Of a stretch of DNA of 64,000 nucleotides, positions 9,682 to 21,305 are shown one piece after another. The notes below the pieces were generated by a model. The model was not told the origin of the DNA. It saw only the letters and a program-made list of their open reading frames with translations, and did no database searches. Made by a program: the position numbers and the translations under genes. Numbering within the stretch: position 1 is the stretch's first letter; each line of letters begins with the position of its first letter. Source of the DNA: Acidobacteriaceae bacterium (GTDB lineage Bacteria > Acidobacteriota > Terriglobia > Terriglobales > Acidobacteriaceae); NCBI GenBank assembly GCA_965277125.1, contig CBDIBU010000004.1:87940-151939 (forward strand). The letters are read 5' to 3'.

Positions 9682-11147
9682 CAATCGTTCAACACCCATG
9701 TATCCTTCGACCCGCCGCCCTGCGAGCTGTTCACCACCAGCGACCCGCGCCGCAGCGCCACCCGCGTTAGCCCGCCCGGCACGATCGTCACCTTATCCCC
9801 ATACAACACATACGGCCGCAGATCCACGTGCCGCGGTTCGAGCGCATCGCCGATCAGACACGGCGCCCGCGAGAAACTCACCGTCGGCTGTGCGATATAG
9901 TTCCGCGGGTCTGCCTCGATTCGCCGCGCGAACTCCTCCTGCTGCGCCTTGGTCGAATGCGGCCCGATCAGCATCCCGTACCCGCCGCTCTCGCCCACCG
10001 CCTTCACCACCAGCTTGTCCAGGTTGGCCAGCACATGCTGCCGCTCCTTCGGCCGCGTCATCAGAAACGTCTCCACGTTCTTCAGCACGGGCTCCTCGGA
10101 CAGGTAGTACTTGATAATCTCCGGCACATACGCATACAGCGCCTTGTCGTCCGCCACGCCCGTCCCGAACGCGTTCGCGAGCGTCACATTGCCCGCGCGA
10201 TACGCGTTGAACAGCCCAGCCACACCCAGAATCGAGTCCAGCCGAAACGCCAGCGGGTCGATAAAGTCGTCATCCACGCGCCGATAGATCACATCCACCC
10301 GCCGCAGCCCCGACGTCGTTCGCATATAGCAGACGTTGTCGTGCGTCACCAGATCGCGTCCTTCCACCAGCTCGATGCCCATCTGCCGCGCCAGGTACGC
10401 GTGCTCGAAGTACGCCGAGTTGAACACCCCCGGACTCAACAGAACGATGTTCGGCTCCGGCCGGCCCTCGGGCGCCAGCGACCGCAAACTGCCCAGCAGC
10501 AGCTGCGTGTACTGCTCAATCGGCCGCACGTTATATGTCCGGAAGAGCTGTGGAAAGATGCGCTTCATGATCCGCCGATTGGTCAGCATGTAGCTCACGC
10601 CCGAGGGCACCCGCAGGTTGTCCTCCAGCACCACAAACTCACCGGATTCCAGCCGGATCAGGTCCGTCCCGCACACCGCCACATACACATTGCGGGGCAC
10701 CTGCAGACCGCACATCTGCCGGCGAAAATGCTTGCACGAGTACACCACCTCGCGCGGCACAATGCCGTCCTCAAGTATCCGCCCCTGGTTGTAGATGTCC
10801 TTCAAAAACAGATTCAGCGCGATGATCCGCTGCGTCAGCCCCCGCTCCACCACCTCCCACTCCGCCGAGGTGATAATGCGCGGCAGCAGATCATAAGGAA
10901 AGATCCGCTCCGTCCCCTCATTCCGCCCATACACCGTGAACGTGATCCCCTGGTTCAGAAACGACAGGTCCGCCGCCTGCTTTCTCCGCTGCAGCTCCTC
11001 CGCCGGCAGCCCGGAAAAGTGCTCGAGCAGCGGCTGGTAGTGCGGGTGCAGCACGTCCCGCGTCTCAAACATCTCGTCGTAGGCATGGTCCAGCAGATAG
11101 TGCTTGAGCGCAGCCGTCTCGAATTGGGAGGACGAAGCCTGGGGCAT
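9681..11147 (-). CDS. circularly permuted type 2 ATP-grasp protein
   Basis: 488 aa with [76 protein letters not shown] and C-terminal [17 protein letters not shown], matching the family consensus as I recall it. Confidence 0.9.
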   Translation of the reverse strand: MPQASSSQFETAALKHYLLDHAYDEMFETRDVLHPHYQPLLEHFSGLPAEELQRRKQAADLSFLNQGITFTVYGRNEGTERIFPYDLLPRIITSAEWEVVERGLTQRIIALNLFLKDIYNQGRILEDGIVPREVVYSCKHFRRQMCGLQVPRNVYVAVCGTDLIRLESGEFVVLEDNLRVPSGVSYMLTNRRIMKRIFPQLFRTYNVRPIEQYTQLLLGSLRSLAPEGRPEPNIVLLSPGVFNSAYFEHAYLARQMGIELVEGRDLVTHDNVCYMRTTSGLRRVDVIYRRVDDDFIDPLAFRLDSILGVAGLFNAYRAGNVTLANAFGTGVADDKALYAYVPEIIKYYLSEEPVLKNVETFLMTRPKERQHVLANLDKLVVKAVGESGGYGMLIGPHSTKAQQEEFARRIEADPRNYIAQPTVSFSRAPCLIGDALEPRHVDLRPYVLYGDKVTIVPGGLTRVALRRGSLVVNSSQGGGSKDTWVLND

Positions 11148-11168
11148 GGGGGAACTTCGAGTATAGAG

Positions 11169-11247
11169 GCAGACCTCCCGAGCGCAAGCGCGGCAGAACC
11201 GTCACCGCATCGCGGCAGAACCTCCCGACCGCAAGCGCGGCAGAACC
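11169..11247 (+). repeat. imperfect ~32-nt direct repeat (two copies, 46-nt period) in divergent intergenic region
   Basis: GCAGACCTCCCGAGCGCAAGCGCGGCAGAACC (11169..11200) and GCAGAACCTCCCGACCGCAAGCGCGGCAGAACC (11215..11247). CGCGGCAGAACC occurs three times. Confidence 0.7.
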
Positions 11248-11270
11248 GGCCCACGAGCGATTGCGAAAGC

Positions 11271-11300
11271 TTGTATGTTCTCCATTTGTTCGCCTAATCT
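11271..11300 (+). promoter_or_regulatory. promoter-like TTGTAT-18-TAATCT with a GTTC-N7-GTTC direct repeat (LexA-box-like) in the spacer
   Basis: TTGTAT 11271..11276; GTTCtccatttGTTC 11277..11291; TAATCT 11295..11300. The GTG start of the Y-family polymerase is at 11307. Confidence 0.35.
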
Positions 11301-11306
11301 ACCTCC

Positions 11307-12596
11307 GTGACCTCCCTTCCCCTGCGTTGGCTCTTTCTCGACCTCAACTCCTACTTCGCCTCCGTTGAGCAGGAGCTGCGACCCGAGCTACGCGGTCGGC
11401 CCCTCGCTATCGTCCCCGTCACCGCCCGAACCACCTGCTGCATCGCCGTCAGCTATGAGGCGCGGCGCTTCGGCATCCGCACCGGTCTCTCGGTCGAGCG
11501 CGCCCGTGCGCTCTGTCCCGAGCTCGAGCTCGTCGAAGCGCGGCCCCGGCTCTACGTCGAGATGCACCATCGCATCCTCGCCGCCATCGAGCGCGTCCTG
11601 CCCGTGCACGCCGTGCTCTCCTGCGACGAGTTCACCTCAAGCCTCGCCGGCTCGCAACGCGACCTCCAGCACGCGGAGCAGCTCGCCGCCGAGGTCAAGC
11701 AGAGCATCCACCGGCACGCCGGCTCCACCCTCCGCTGCTCGGTCGGCCTCGGCCCAAACCGCCTCCTGGCCAAGATCGCCACGGAGCGCGTCAAGCCCGA
11801 CGGCCTCGTCGCCATCACCTCGCGCAACCTGACCGAAACCCTCTTCGCGCTCTCGCTGGCAGAGATCCCCGGCGTCGGCGAACGCATGGAGCGACGCCTC
11901 CACGCCGCCGGCATCAGCACGGTGCGCGACCTTTGGCAGCTCAGCCGTCCGCGCCTGGGTGCGGTCTGGGGCAGCGTCCTCGGTGAACGCCTCTGGCTCG
12001 AGCTCCGCGGCGAAGACCTCCCTGATGCTCCCGCGCCGCCGTATCAGCACAGCATCAGCCGCCAGCACATTCTTCCGCCCGAGCAGCGCACCCGCGAAAG
12101 CGCCCGAAAGACTGCCCTCAAGATGCTCCAGGACTGCGCCCGTCGTCTCCGCAAGCGCGGTCTCTGGGCGGGCGGCCTCGGCATCGGCGTCTTCTATCTG
12201 CGCCATGACCACGCCTTTGAGGCCCACCGCCGCATCCCGCCGTGCAACGACGACCTCAGCCTCCAGCAGTACCTCCTGCCGCTCTGGGAGGGCTCGCCCA
12301 ACCACACCGCCTCCGGCCTCTACGTCTTCCTCTCCGACCTCCAGCCGCCGCCCGCGCCCAGCCTCTTTCCCTCGCCGCACAGCACGGCGCGCCTCGCCCT
12401 CATGCAGGCCATGGATCATGTCCAGCGTCGCTTCGGCCACAACGCGGTCTACCTGGCCTCAACCCACGGCGCGCAGGACTTCGCCCCCACCCGCATCTCC
12501 TTCGGCCCGCCGCCACCGCTCGATGAGTTCCCCCCAAGAGCCCTAACGCAGCGCTCCTACGCTAAACCCAGGCGTGCCCTGTTAGACTTGAAGTAG
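11307..12596 (+). CDS. dinB: Y-family DNA polymerase (DinB/Pol IV-like)
   Basis: N-terminal [29 protein letters not shown] (catalytic Asp motif), helix-hairpin-helix [23 protein letters not shown] start. Confidence 0.85.
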   Translation: MTSLPLRWLFLDLNSYFASVEQELRPELRGRPLAIVPVTARTTCCIAVSYEARRFGIRTGLSVERARALCPELELVEARPRLYVEMHHRILAAIERVLPVHAVLSCDEFTSSLAGSQRDLQHAEQLAAEVKQSIHRHAGSTLRCSVGLGPNRLLAKIATERVKPDGLVAITSRNLTETLFALSLAEIPGVGERMERRLHAAGISTVRDLWQLSRPRLGAVWGSVLGERLWLELRGEDLPDAPAPPYQHSISRQHILPPEQRTRESARKTALKMLQDCARRLRKRGLWAGGLGIGVFYLRHDHAFEAHRRIPPCNDDLSLQQYLLPLWEGSPNHTASGLYVFLSDLQPPPAPSLFPSPHSTARLALMQAMDHVQRRFGHNAVYLASTHGAQDFAPTRISFGPPPPLDEFPPRALTQRSYAKPRRALLDLK

Positions 12597-12671
12597 CGCG
12601 CTGCGCCCAGCCGGGGCCGCCCGCGACACCTCTCACCGACCTTTACACCAAGAACAGGAAAGCGCCCCCTC

Positions 12672-14510
<1,839 letters not shown>

Positions 14511-14533
14511 TCCCCACACATTATTAACTACGA

Positions 14534-14559
14534 AAAGGCCGCCATCTCTGGCGGCCTTT
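14534..14559. terminator. bidirectional hairpin terminator between convergent typA and SOD genes
   Basis: AAAGGCCGCC-atctct-GGCGGCCTTT with A-rich sequence 5' and T-rich sequence 3', so it can serve both strands. Confidence 0.5.
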
Positions 14560-14581
14560 CTCCTCCCAAAGCCCAGGGAAT

Positions 14582-15199
14582 CTAGGCCGCGCTCTGCGCC
14601 TTCTTAAAGCGCTTCTCAATCTCTTCCCAGTTCACCACGTTCCACCACGCCGCCAGGTAGTCCGGCCGCTTGTTCTGGTATTTGAGATAGTAGGCGTGCT
14701 CCCACACGTCGTTCCCCAGGATTGGATACAGACCCTGCGAGATGGGCGAGTCTTGGTTGGGCGTGGTCACGATCTCGAGCTTGCCGCCCTTCCACACCAG
14801 CCAGCCCCAGCCGGAGCCGAACTGCTTGGCCGTTGTCTCGTTGAACTTCTTCTTGAAGTCCTCAAACGAGCCGAAGTCCGTCTTGATCTGGTCACCGATC
14901 GTGCCCGTCGGCTCGCCGCCCCCGCCCGGCTTCATGATCTGCCAGAACATCGTGTGGTTCACGTCGCCGCCGCCGTTGTTGCGCACCACTGTGCGCACAT
15001 CCTCCGGCACGCTGTTCAGGTCCTTCAGCAGCTCCTCCGGTGTCTTCTTGCCCAGCTCTGGGTGTTTGTCCACCGCGCCGTTCAGGTTGGCTACATAGGT
15101 CGCGTGGTGCTTGTCGTGGTGCAGCGTCATGGTCTGCGCATCGATGGTCGGCTCAAGCGCTGCGTAGTCGTACGGCAGGGGCGGAAGTTCAAAGGCCAT
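14582..15199 (-). CDS. Fe/Mn superoxide dismutase
   Basis: ORF trimmed to [37 protein letters not shown]-terminal [18 protein letters not shown] is the Fe/Mn SOD signature. Confidence 0.95.
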   Translation of the reverse strand: MAFELPPLPYDYAALEPTIDAQTMTLHHDKHHATYVANLNGAVDKHPELGKKTPEELLKDLNSVPEDVRTVVRNNGGGDVNHTMFWQIMKPGGGGEPTGTIGDQIKTDFGSFEDFKKKFNETTAKQFGSGWGWLVWKGGKLEIVTTPNQDSPISQGLYPILGNDVWEHAYYLKYQNKRPDYLAAWWNVVNWEEIEKRFKKAQSAA

Positions 15200-15420
15200 G
15201 CAAATCTCCTCGTGCATCGGTTGGTCGAAAGCGGGCAGCGACCCGTCGCCACCATCTCGCATCCGAAGTCGTGATCACTTCATACGATGCCTGCGCCACC
15301 ACGGGCGATGCTCTTCCCTACACCCACCGCCCATCTCCCACCCCTAGCCACCGCTTCTTTTGCCAACTCTTCACCCGGACCCAGCACCGGCACGGGCGCG
15401 GAGAGTACCCTTGGAACCTG

Positions 15421-17895
15421 ATGACTGAACCCAAGATCTCCTATCGCTGGCTCCCCGACCAGGGACCTGCCTTCGGTTCGCCCGGCCTCCCGCCGCGCTG
15501 GACCTCCAGCAGGAAAGACGCCGTCCTGACCGCCTACTCCGCCGCCAGCCGCGTCTGGTGCACGATCTCGCACGGCACCATGAACGAGGTCTACTACCCC
15601 ACCGTCGATCGTCCGCAGACGCGCGACATGGAGCTGCTCTTCACCGATGGCGAAAGTTTCTTCCATGAGGAAAAGCGCGATCTCCATTACGACTTCCGCT
15701 ACCTCGATCCCGAAGCCCTCGCCGTCGAGGTTCGCGCGACCGATCCCGCCGGCCGCTATACCGTGACCAAGCAGTTCATCACCGAACCGCACTACCCCGC
15801 CGCGCTCATGCACGTCAAGATCGAGGGCGACCCCGCCTTGCTCGAACGCATGCGCTGCTACGTTCTGCTCGCCCCCCACCTCGACGTCGGCGGCGCGGGC
15901 AATAACGGCCGCTCGATCGACATCGCCGGCCAGCGCGCCCTAGTCGCCTGGAAGGACCAGGTCGCGCTCGCCCTCGGCGTCAGCTGCGGCTTCAGCCGAA
16001 GCTCCTGCGGCTATGTGGGCAAGAGCGATGGCTATCAGGACATCTCGCGCCACCTGAAGATGGACTGGCAGTTCGGCGAGGCGCTCGACGGCAACATCGC
16101 GCTCACCGGCGAGATCGAGCTCTGCAGACACGCCGAGTTCACCGTCGTCATCGGTTTCGGCCGCACACCGCATGCCGCGCTCACCAGCATGATGCAGACC
16201 CTTGCCGAACCCTTCCCTGATCAGCTGGCGCGCTTCATCGATCAGTGGAAGCGCGTCGGCACCCGCGCTCCGCTCGCCAATGCGTCCATGGACAAGGGCC
16301 GGCTCAGCCGCGTCAGCGAGAACGTCCTCCTCGCCCACGAGGACAAGCGCTACTCCGGCGCCTTTATCGCCTCCGCCTCCATCCCCTGGGGCGCCTCCAA
16401 GGGCGATGCCGACCTCGGCGGCTACCACCTGGTCTGGACGCGCGACATGGTGCAGTCCGCCACCGCCCTGATCGCTTGCAACCGCCCCCGCACCGCCGTG
16501 CGCGCGCTCGTCTACCTCGCCTGCACCCAGCGCGTCGACGGCGGCTTCCCGCAGAACTTCTGGGTCGACGGCGAACCCTACTGGTCCGGCATCCAGCTGG
16601 ATGAGGTCGCCTTTCCCATCGTGCTCGCCTGGCGCCTCTGGAAAGCCGGCGAGCTCGATAACTTCGGCGTCTTTGCCTTTGTGCAGCGCGCCGCCGGCTT
16701 TCTCGTGCGCTACGCTCCCGTCACCCAGCAGGAACGCTGGGAAGAAAACGCCGGCTACTCGCCCTCCACCCTCGCCATCGTCATCAGCGCCCTGCTCTGC
16801 GCCGCCGATATCGCCCGCGCCCACGACGCTGCCGAGATGGGCGACTTCCTCGAAAGCTACGCCGACTGGATCGAGGCGCATCTCGACGAGTGGACCACCA
16901 CCGACGACGGCGTGCTTCTGCCCGCGGTCAAGCGACACTACATGCGCATCCGCCCGCCCGCTGCTGGCGAGCCCTTCCACAACCCCGCCGTCAAGCCCGG
17001 CTGGATCCACATTGCCAACCGAGCCCCCGACGAGGTCGCCGAGTTCGAGGCCCGCGCCGTCGCCGACCAGGGCTTCCTTGAGCTCGTCCGCTACGGCGTC
17101 CGCCGCGCCGACGATCCGCTCATCGTCGATTCCCTCAAGGTCATCGACCACTGCCTCAAGTACGAGACGTCCTTCGGCCCGGCCTGGCGACGCTACAACC
17201 ACGACGGCTACGGCCAGCAAAAAGACGGTGGGCCCTACATAGGCTACGGTCAGGGCCGCTGCTGGCCGCTGCTCGGCGGTGAACGCGCCCACTTCGAGCT
17301 CGCCGCCGGCCAGGATACGAAGCCGCTCATCGCCGCCTACGAGCGCTTCAGCTCCATCGGCGGCATGCTTCCCGAACAGGTTTGGGATCACGCCGACATG
17401 CCCGACCTGGGCCTCTTCTGCGGTCAGTCCGCCGGCTCCGCGCAGCCGCTCGCCTGGGCCCACGCCGAATACCTCAAGCTGCTGCGCTCCGTCGCCGACG
17501 GCGTCGTCTTCGACCGCATCTCCATCGTCGCCGAACGCTACGCTCGCCCGGTCGGCCAACGCACCTTTAACAATAAAATTGAGGTCTTTCAACGCACCCG
17601 CCACATCACCGGCATCCCCGCCGGCCACACCCTCCGCCTGATCGATCCCGAGCCCTTCCAGGTCACCTGGTCGGCCGATAACTGGGCTACCGTCGAGCAC
17701 ACCGAAAGCCGCTCCGTCGGTTCCTCGGGCGCCTACGCCGATCTGCCCACCCGCCCCGATCAGACCGGCTCGCTCGTCTTCACCTATTTCTGGACGGAGC
17801 GCAACGAATGGCTCGGGGAAAACTTCGAGGTCGCCATCATCCCCAACGTCAACCCGGAAATCCCGCCGCCCGAGGCTGCCAAACCCAGCAACTGA
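15421..17895 (+). CDS. glycoside hydrolase family 15 (glucoamylase/glucodextranase-like)
   Basis: The long ORF 15040..17895 overlaps the SOD gene on the other strand, so it is trimmed to the ATG at 15421 (MTEPKISYRW...). GGYHLVWTRDMVQSA and QERWEENAGYSPSTLA resemble the GH15 catalytic barrel motifs. 824 aa. Confidence 0.85.
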   Translation: MTEPKISYRWLPDQGPAFGSPGLPPRWTSSRKDAVLTAYSAASRVWCTISHGTMNEVYYPTVDRPQTRDMELLFTDGESFFHEEKRDLHYDFRYLDPEALAVEVRATDPAGRYTVTKQFITEPHYPAALMHVKIEGDPALLERMRCYVLLAPHLDVGGAGNNGRSIDIAGQRALVAWKDQVALALGVSCGFSRSSCGYVGKSDGYQDISRHLKMDWQFGEALDGNIALTGEIELCRHAEFTVVIGFGRTPHAALTSMMQTLAEPFPDQLARFIDQWKRVGTRAPLANASMDKGRLSRVSENVLLAHEDKRYSGAFIASASIPWGASKGDADLGGYHLVWTRDMVQSATALIACNRPRTAVRALVYLACTQRVDGGFPQNFWVDGEPYWSGIQLDEVAFPIVLAWRLWKAGELDNFGVFAFVQRAAGFLVRYAPVTQQERWEENAGYSPSTLAIVISALLCAADIARAHDAAEMGDFLESYADWIEAHLDEWTTTDDGVLLPAVKRHYMRIRPPAAGEPFHNPAVKPGWIHIANRAPDEVAEFEARAVADQGFLELVRYGVRRADDPLIVDSLKVIDHCLKYETSFGPAWRRYNHDGYGQQKDGGPYIGYGQGRCWPLLGGERAHFELAAGQDTKPLIAAYERFSSIGGMLPEQVWDHADMPDLGLFCGQSAGSAQPLAWAHAEYLKLLRSVADGVVFDRISIVAERYARPVGQRTFNNKIEVFQRTRHITGIPAGHTLRLIDPEPFQVTWSADNWATVEHTESRSVGSSGAYADLPTRPDQTGSLVFTYFWTERNEWLGENFEVAIIPNVNPEIPPPEAAKPSN

Positions 17896-18131
17896 CCCCC
17901 GCCTTGATCGCGCCGGCGCCGGCAGGCGCGTACACTAGCCCAGACAAGGGGCCGGCTTACACCCCGGCCAACACACTAGCGCGGGGGCACTTCCGGGCTG
18001 AACACCCTGGGGTTCAACCCCTGAGAGCTCCGGTGCACCCGGGCGAAACATCGACGCGCGGATGCGCCCAAACCAACATCTAAAGTCTTGTCGACCCACC
18101 CGCGGTCGACCGCACAACACGAGGAGACGGC

Positions 18132-20141
18132 GTGACCGAAGAGCAAAAGAAGCAAGACGATCTTGATCAGCTTTCCATCAACACGCTTCGCTTTCTGGCT
18201 GTGGACGAGGTGGAAAAGGCAAAGTCCGGACACCCCGGAGCGCCGCTCGGCCTCGCGCCCGTCGCTTATCTGCTCTACACCAGGTTCATGAAGCATGATC
18301 CGAACGATCCCTTCTGGTCGGATCGTGACCGGTTCGTGCTGTCCAATGGCCACGCCTCCGCCCTGCAGTACGGCGCCATTCACCTTTCGGGGTACGCCCT
18401 GCCGATCGAGCAGCTGATGCAGTTCCGCCAGTGGGGATCGCACACCCCAGGCCATCCGGAGTACGGCGAAACTCCCGGCGTCGAGGTCACCACCGGCCCG
18501 CTCGGCCAGGGCCTCGGCGAAGGGGTCGGCCTCGCGATCGCCGAAAAACACCTCGCCGCGGTCTACAACCACGACAATCACACCCCCGTCGATCACTTCA
18601 CCTATGTCATCTGCGGCGACGGCGATCTGATGGAAGGCATCTCGCACGAAAGCTGCTCGCTCGCTGGCACCCTCAAGTTGGGCAAGCTCATCGTCCTCTA
18701 CGACGACAACCTCATCTCGCTCGACGGACCGACCGACCTGTCCTTTACCGAGGACGTCACCAAGCGCTTCGAGGCCTACCACTGGCACGTCCAGACGGTC
18801 GACGACGGCAACGACCTCGTGGCCATCAGCAAAGCCATCGAAAGCGCCAAGGGCGAGACCACCCGACCCTCCATTATCCGCGTCCGCACCGTCATCGGCT
18901 ACGGCAGCCCCAAGGCCGGCACCAGCAAGGTTCACGGCGAGGCCCTCGGCCCGGAAGCCACCAAGGAGACCAAGCGAAACCTCGGCTTTCCCGAGGACAA
19001 GAACTTCTACGTGCCGGAGGACGCCGCGAAGAATTGGCTCAAGGCCAAGGAAAAGGGCGCCAAGGTCCACGCCGAGTGGCAGGCGAAGTTCGAGGAATAC
19101 AAGAAGGCCTATCCGGAGCTCGGCCAGCAGTACGACCGCTGCACCTCTATGAAGCTCGCTGAGGGCTGGGAAAAATCACTCCCCGTCTTCCCCGGCGGCC
19201 CGGACGCCAAGCCGATCGCTACCCGCAACGCCGGCCAGACCGTCATGAACGCCATCGCCAAGGTCGTGCCCGAGCTCTTCGGTGGAGCCGCCGATCTCAC
19301 CAGCTCGACCAAGACCATCTTCAAGGACTCCGCAAACTTTCACCTCGATCCCAAGGGCCGCAACGTCTTCTTCGGCGTCCGTGAGTTCGGCATGATGGCC
19401 GCCGTCAACGGCATCTCCGCGCACGGCGGTCTGATCCCTTTCGGCTCCACCTTCTTCACCTTCTCCGATTACTGCCGCTCCGCCCTCCGCATGGGCGCGC
19501 TCCAGTCCTCGCACTCGCTCTACATCTTCACCCACGACTCCGTCGGTCTCGGCGAAGACGGACCCACTCACCAGCCGGTCGAGCACCTGATGGCCCTTCG
19601 CGCCATCCCCCAGCTCACCGACTTCCGCCCCGCCGACGCCAATGAGACCGCCGCCTGCTGGCGTCTCGCGCTGGAGCGTCACTCCGCCTGTTTCATGGCG
19701 CTCTCCCGCCAGGATCTCCCCGTGCTCGACCCCGTCAAGTACAACGTTGCCGAGGGCGCGCGCAAGGGGGCCTATGCCCTGGACAACTCCGGCAAGGACA
19801 TCATCCTGATTGCCACAGGCTCCGAGGTTTCCCTCATCATGGAAGCCGCCGCGGCGCTCAAAAAAGAAGGTATCCACGCCGGCATTGTCTCCATGCCGTC
19901 ATTCCGCGTCTTCGACGAGCAGGACGATGCGTACAAGAAGGAGCTCTTCCCGGAAGAGATTCCGAAGCTTGCGGTCGAGGCCGGGGCCACCATGGGCTGG
20001 TGGCAGTACGTCGGCCACAACGGAGGCATCATCGGTATCGATCGCTTCGGGGCCTCGGCGCCCGGTCCGATTGTGCTCGAAAAATTCGGCTTCTCTGTCG
20101 CCAATGTCGTCGAACAAGCCAAGAAACTGGTCAAGAAATAA
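18132..20141 (+). CDS. tkt: transketolase
   Basis: SGHPGAPLGLAP, GDGDLMEGISHE (ThDP motif) and HDSVGLGEDGPTHQPVEHL. GTG start 5 nt after GAGGAG. Confidence 0.95.
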   Translation: MTEEQKKQDDLDQLSINTLRFLAVDEVEKAKSGHPGAPLGLAPVAYLLYTRFMKHDPNDPFWSDRDRFVLSNGHASALQYGAIHLSGYALPIEQLMQFRQWGSHTPGHPEYGETPGVEVTTGPLGQGLGEGVGLAIAEKHLAAVYNHDNHTPVDHFTYVICGDGDLMEGISHESCSLAGTLKLGKLIVLYDDNLISLDGPTDLSFTEDVTKRFEAYHWHVQTVDDGNDLVAISKAIESAKGETTRPSIIRVRTVIGYGSPKAGTSKVHGEALGPEATKETKRNLGFPEDKNFYVPEDAAKNWLKAKEKGAKVHAEWQAKFEEYKKAYPELGQQYDRCTSMKLAEGWEKSLPVFPGGPDAKPIATRNAGQTVMNAIAKVVPELFGGAADLTSSTKTIFKDSANFHLDPKGRNVFFGVREFGMMAAVNGISAHGGLIPFGSTFFTFSDYCRSALRMGALQSSHSLYIFTHDSVGLGEDGPTHQPVEHLMALRAIPQLTDFRPADANETAACWRLALERHSACFMALSRQDLPVLDPVKYNVAEGARKGAYALDNSGKDIILIATGSEVSLIMEAAAALKKEGIHAGIVSMPSFRVFDEQDDAYKKELFPEEIPKLAVEAGATMGWWQYVGHNGGIIGIDRFGASAPGPIVLEKFGFSVANVVEQAKKLVKK

Positions 20142-20154
20142 ACCATTCTTTTAT

Positions 20155-20177
20155 GGGCGAAGTATCCAGCTTCGCCC
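20155..20177 (+). terminator. hairpin downstream of tkt (no U-tract)
   Basis: GGGCGAAG-tatccag-CTTCGCCC, 14 nt after the tkt stop. Confidence 0.35.
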
Positions 20178-20568
20178 GTAAAAGCCCGTTCCGGCAGAAG
20201 CAAGATGTGCTGCTTTCCTTGTTCTTGATTTGCCCCTGCAGCTTTGCTTGCCTTCGCTGTCATCCCGAACCTGCGCTTGTCAAAGAGAACGACCCTCTGA
20301 AGTTTGCTGTTGCTTGCCGCTTGTTCTTGCCTTTCGCCGTCATCCTGCCCCTGAGCTCCCCGCAGGCCCACCACCTGCTCCTACCATCGCCACCACGCTT
20401 CGCGCCGCGGAGATCCACACACCAAGCCATGCGCAATCCCTGGATTGACGAACAGACCCTCGAACCGTACGAGCCGGCAACCTCCCGCGGCCGCGACCCG
20501 GACTCGTCCGTCGCCGCCCAATACGAGGACTCCGTCCCGCCAGACGGAGACGAAACGCACGAGCCGTC

Positions 20569-21249
20569 ATGACCCAGGACGAAGCGAAGCTCCTCGTCGC
20601 CCAGCGCGCCGTCCAGTTCGTTCAGGACGGCATGACCATCGGCCTCGGCACCGGCACCACCGCCACCCTCTTTATCCGCGAGCTCGGCAAACGCGTCGCC
20701 GCCGAGCGCCTTCGCATCCGCGCCATCGCTACCTCCGACGCCTCCGATCGACTCGCCCGCGAGCTCGGCATTCCCATCACCACCTTCGTCGATACCCCCG
20801 TCCTCGACCTCAACGTAGACGGCGCCGATGAGATCGGCCCCGGCCTCGCCCTCATCAAGGGCGGCGGCGGCGCGCACCTCCGCGAGAAGATCGTCGCCTC
20901 CGCCGCCCGCCAGTTCCTCGTCGTCGCCGACGACACCAAGCTCGTCCCCATGCTCGGCCGCTTCCCCCTCCCGGTCGAGGTCATCCAGCTCGCCCTTCCT
21001 CTCGTCGAGCGCCGGCTCTCCGCCCTCGGCCTCAACCCCGTCCTCCGCCACCACCCCGACGGTTCGCTCTACCTCACCGACGAGCACAACGTCATCCTCG
21101 ACTGCCACTGCGACTCCATCCCCGACCCCGCCCAGACCGCCGCCGAGATCCGCGCCGTCATCGGCGTCGTCGAGCACGGCCTGTTCCTCAACATGGCCAC
21201 CCTCGCCCTTATCGCCGGCGACAATGGCGTCACCGAATATCGTCCCTGA
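20569..21249 (+). CDS. rpiA: ribose-5-phosphate isomerase A
   Basis: GMTIGLGTGTTA, NVDGADEI and IKGGGGAHLREK motifs. 226 aa. Confidence 0.9.
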   Translation: MTQDEAKLLVAQRAVQFVQDGMTIGLGTGTTATLFIRELGKRVAAERLRIRAIATSDASDRLARELGIPITTFVDTPVLDLNVDGADEIGPGLALIKGGGGAHLREKIVASAARQFLVVADDTKLVPMLGRFPLPVEVIQLALPLVERRLSALGLNPVLRHHPDGSLYLTDEHNVILDCHCDSIPDPAQTAAEIRAVIGVVEHGLFLNMATLALIAGDNGVTEYRP

Positions 21250-21305
21250 ACTCCCCGCCGCATCTCATCCATCGCGAACGCCCTTACTCTCATCCCTTGG
21301 TGTGT

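Noticed and set aside
20217-20356. Shared words (CTTGTTCTTG, TGCCCCTG, TCGCyGTCATCC) in the 427-nt tkt-rpiA spacer, reminiscent of short dispersed GTCATCC-type repeats.
   Set aside because: The copies are scrambled and short. I cannot define a unit or structure. They may be degenerate relics, and a genome-wide repeat search would be needed.
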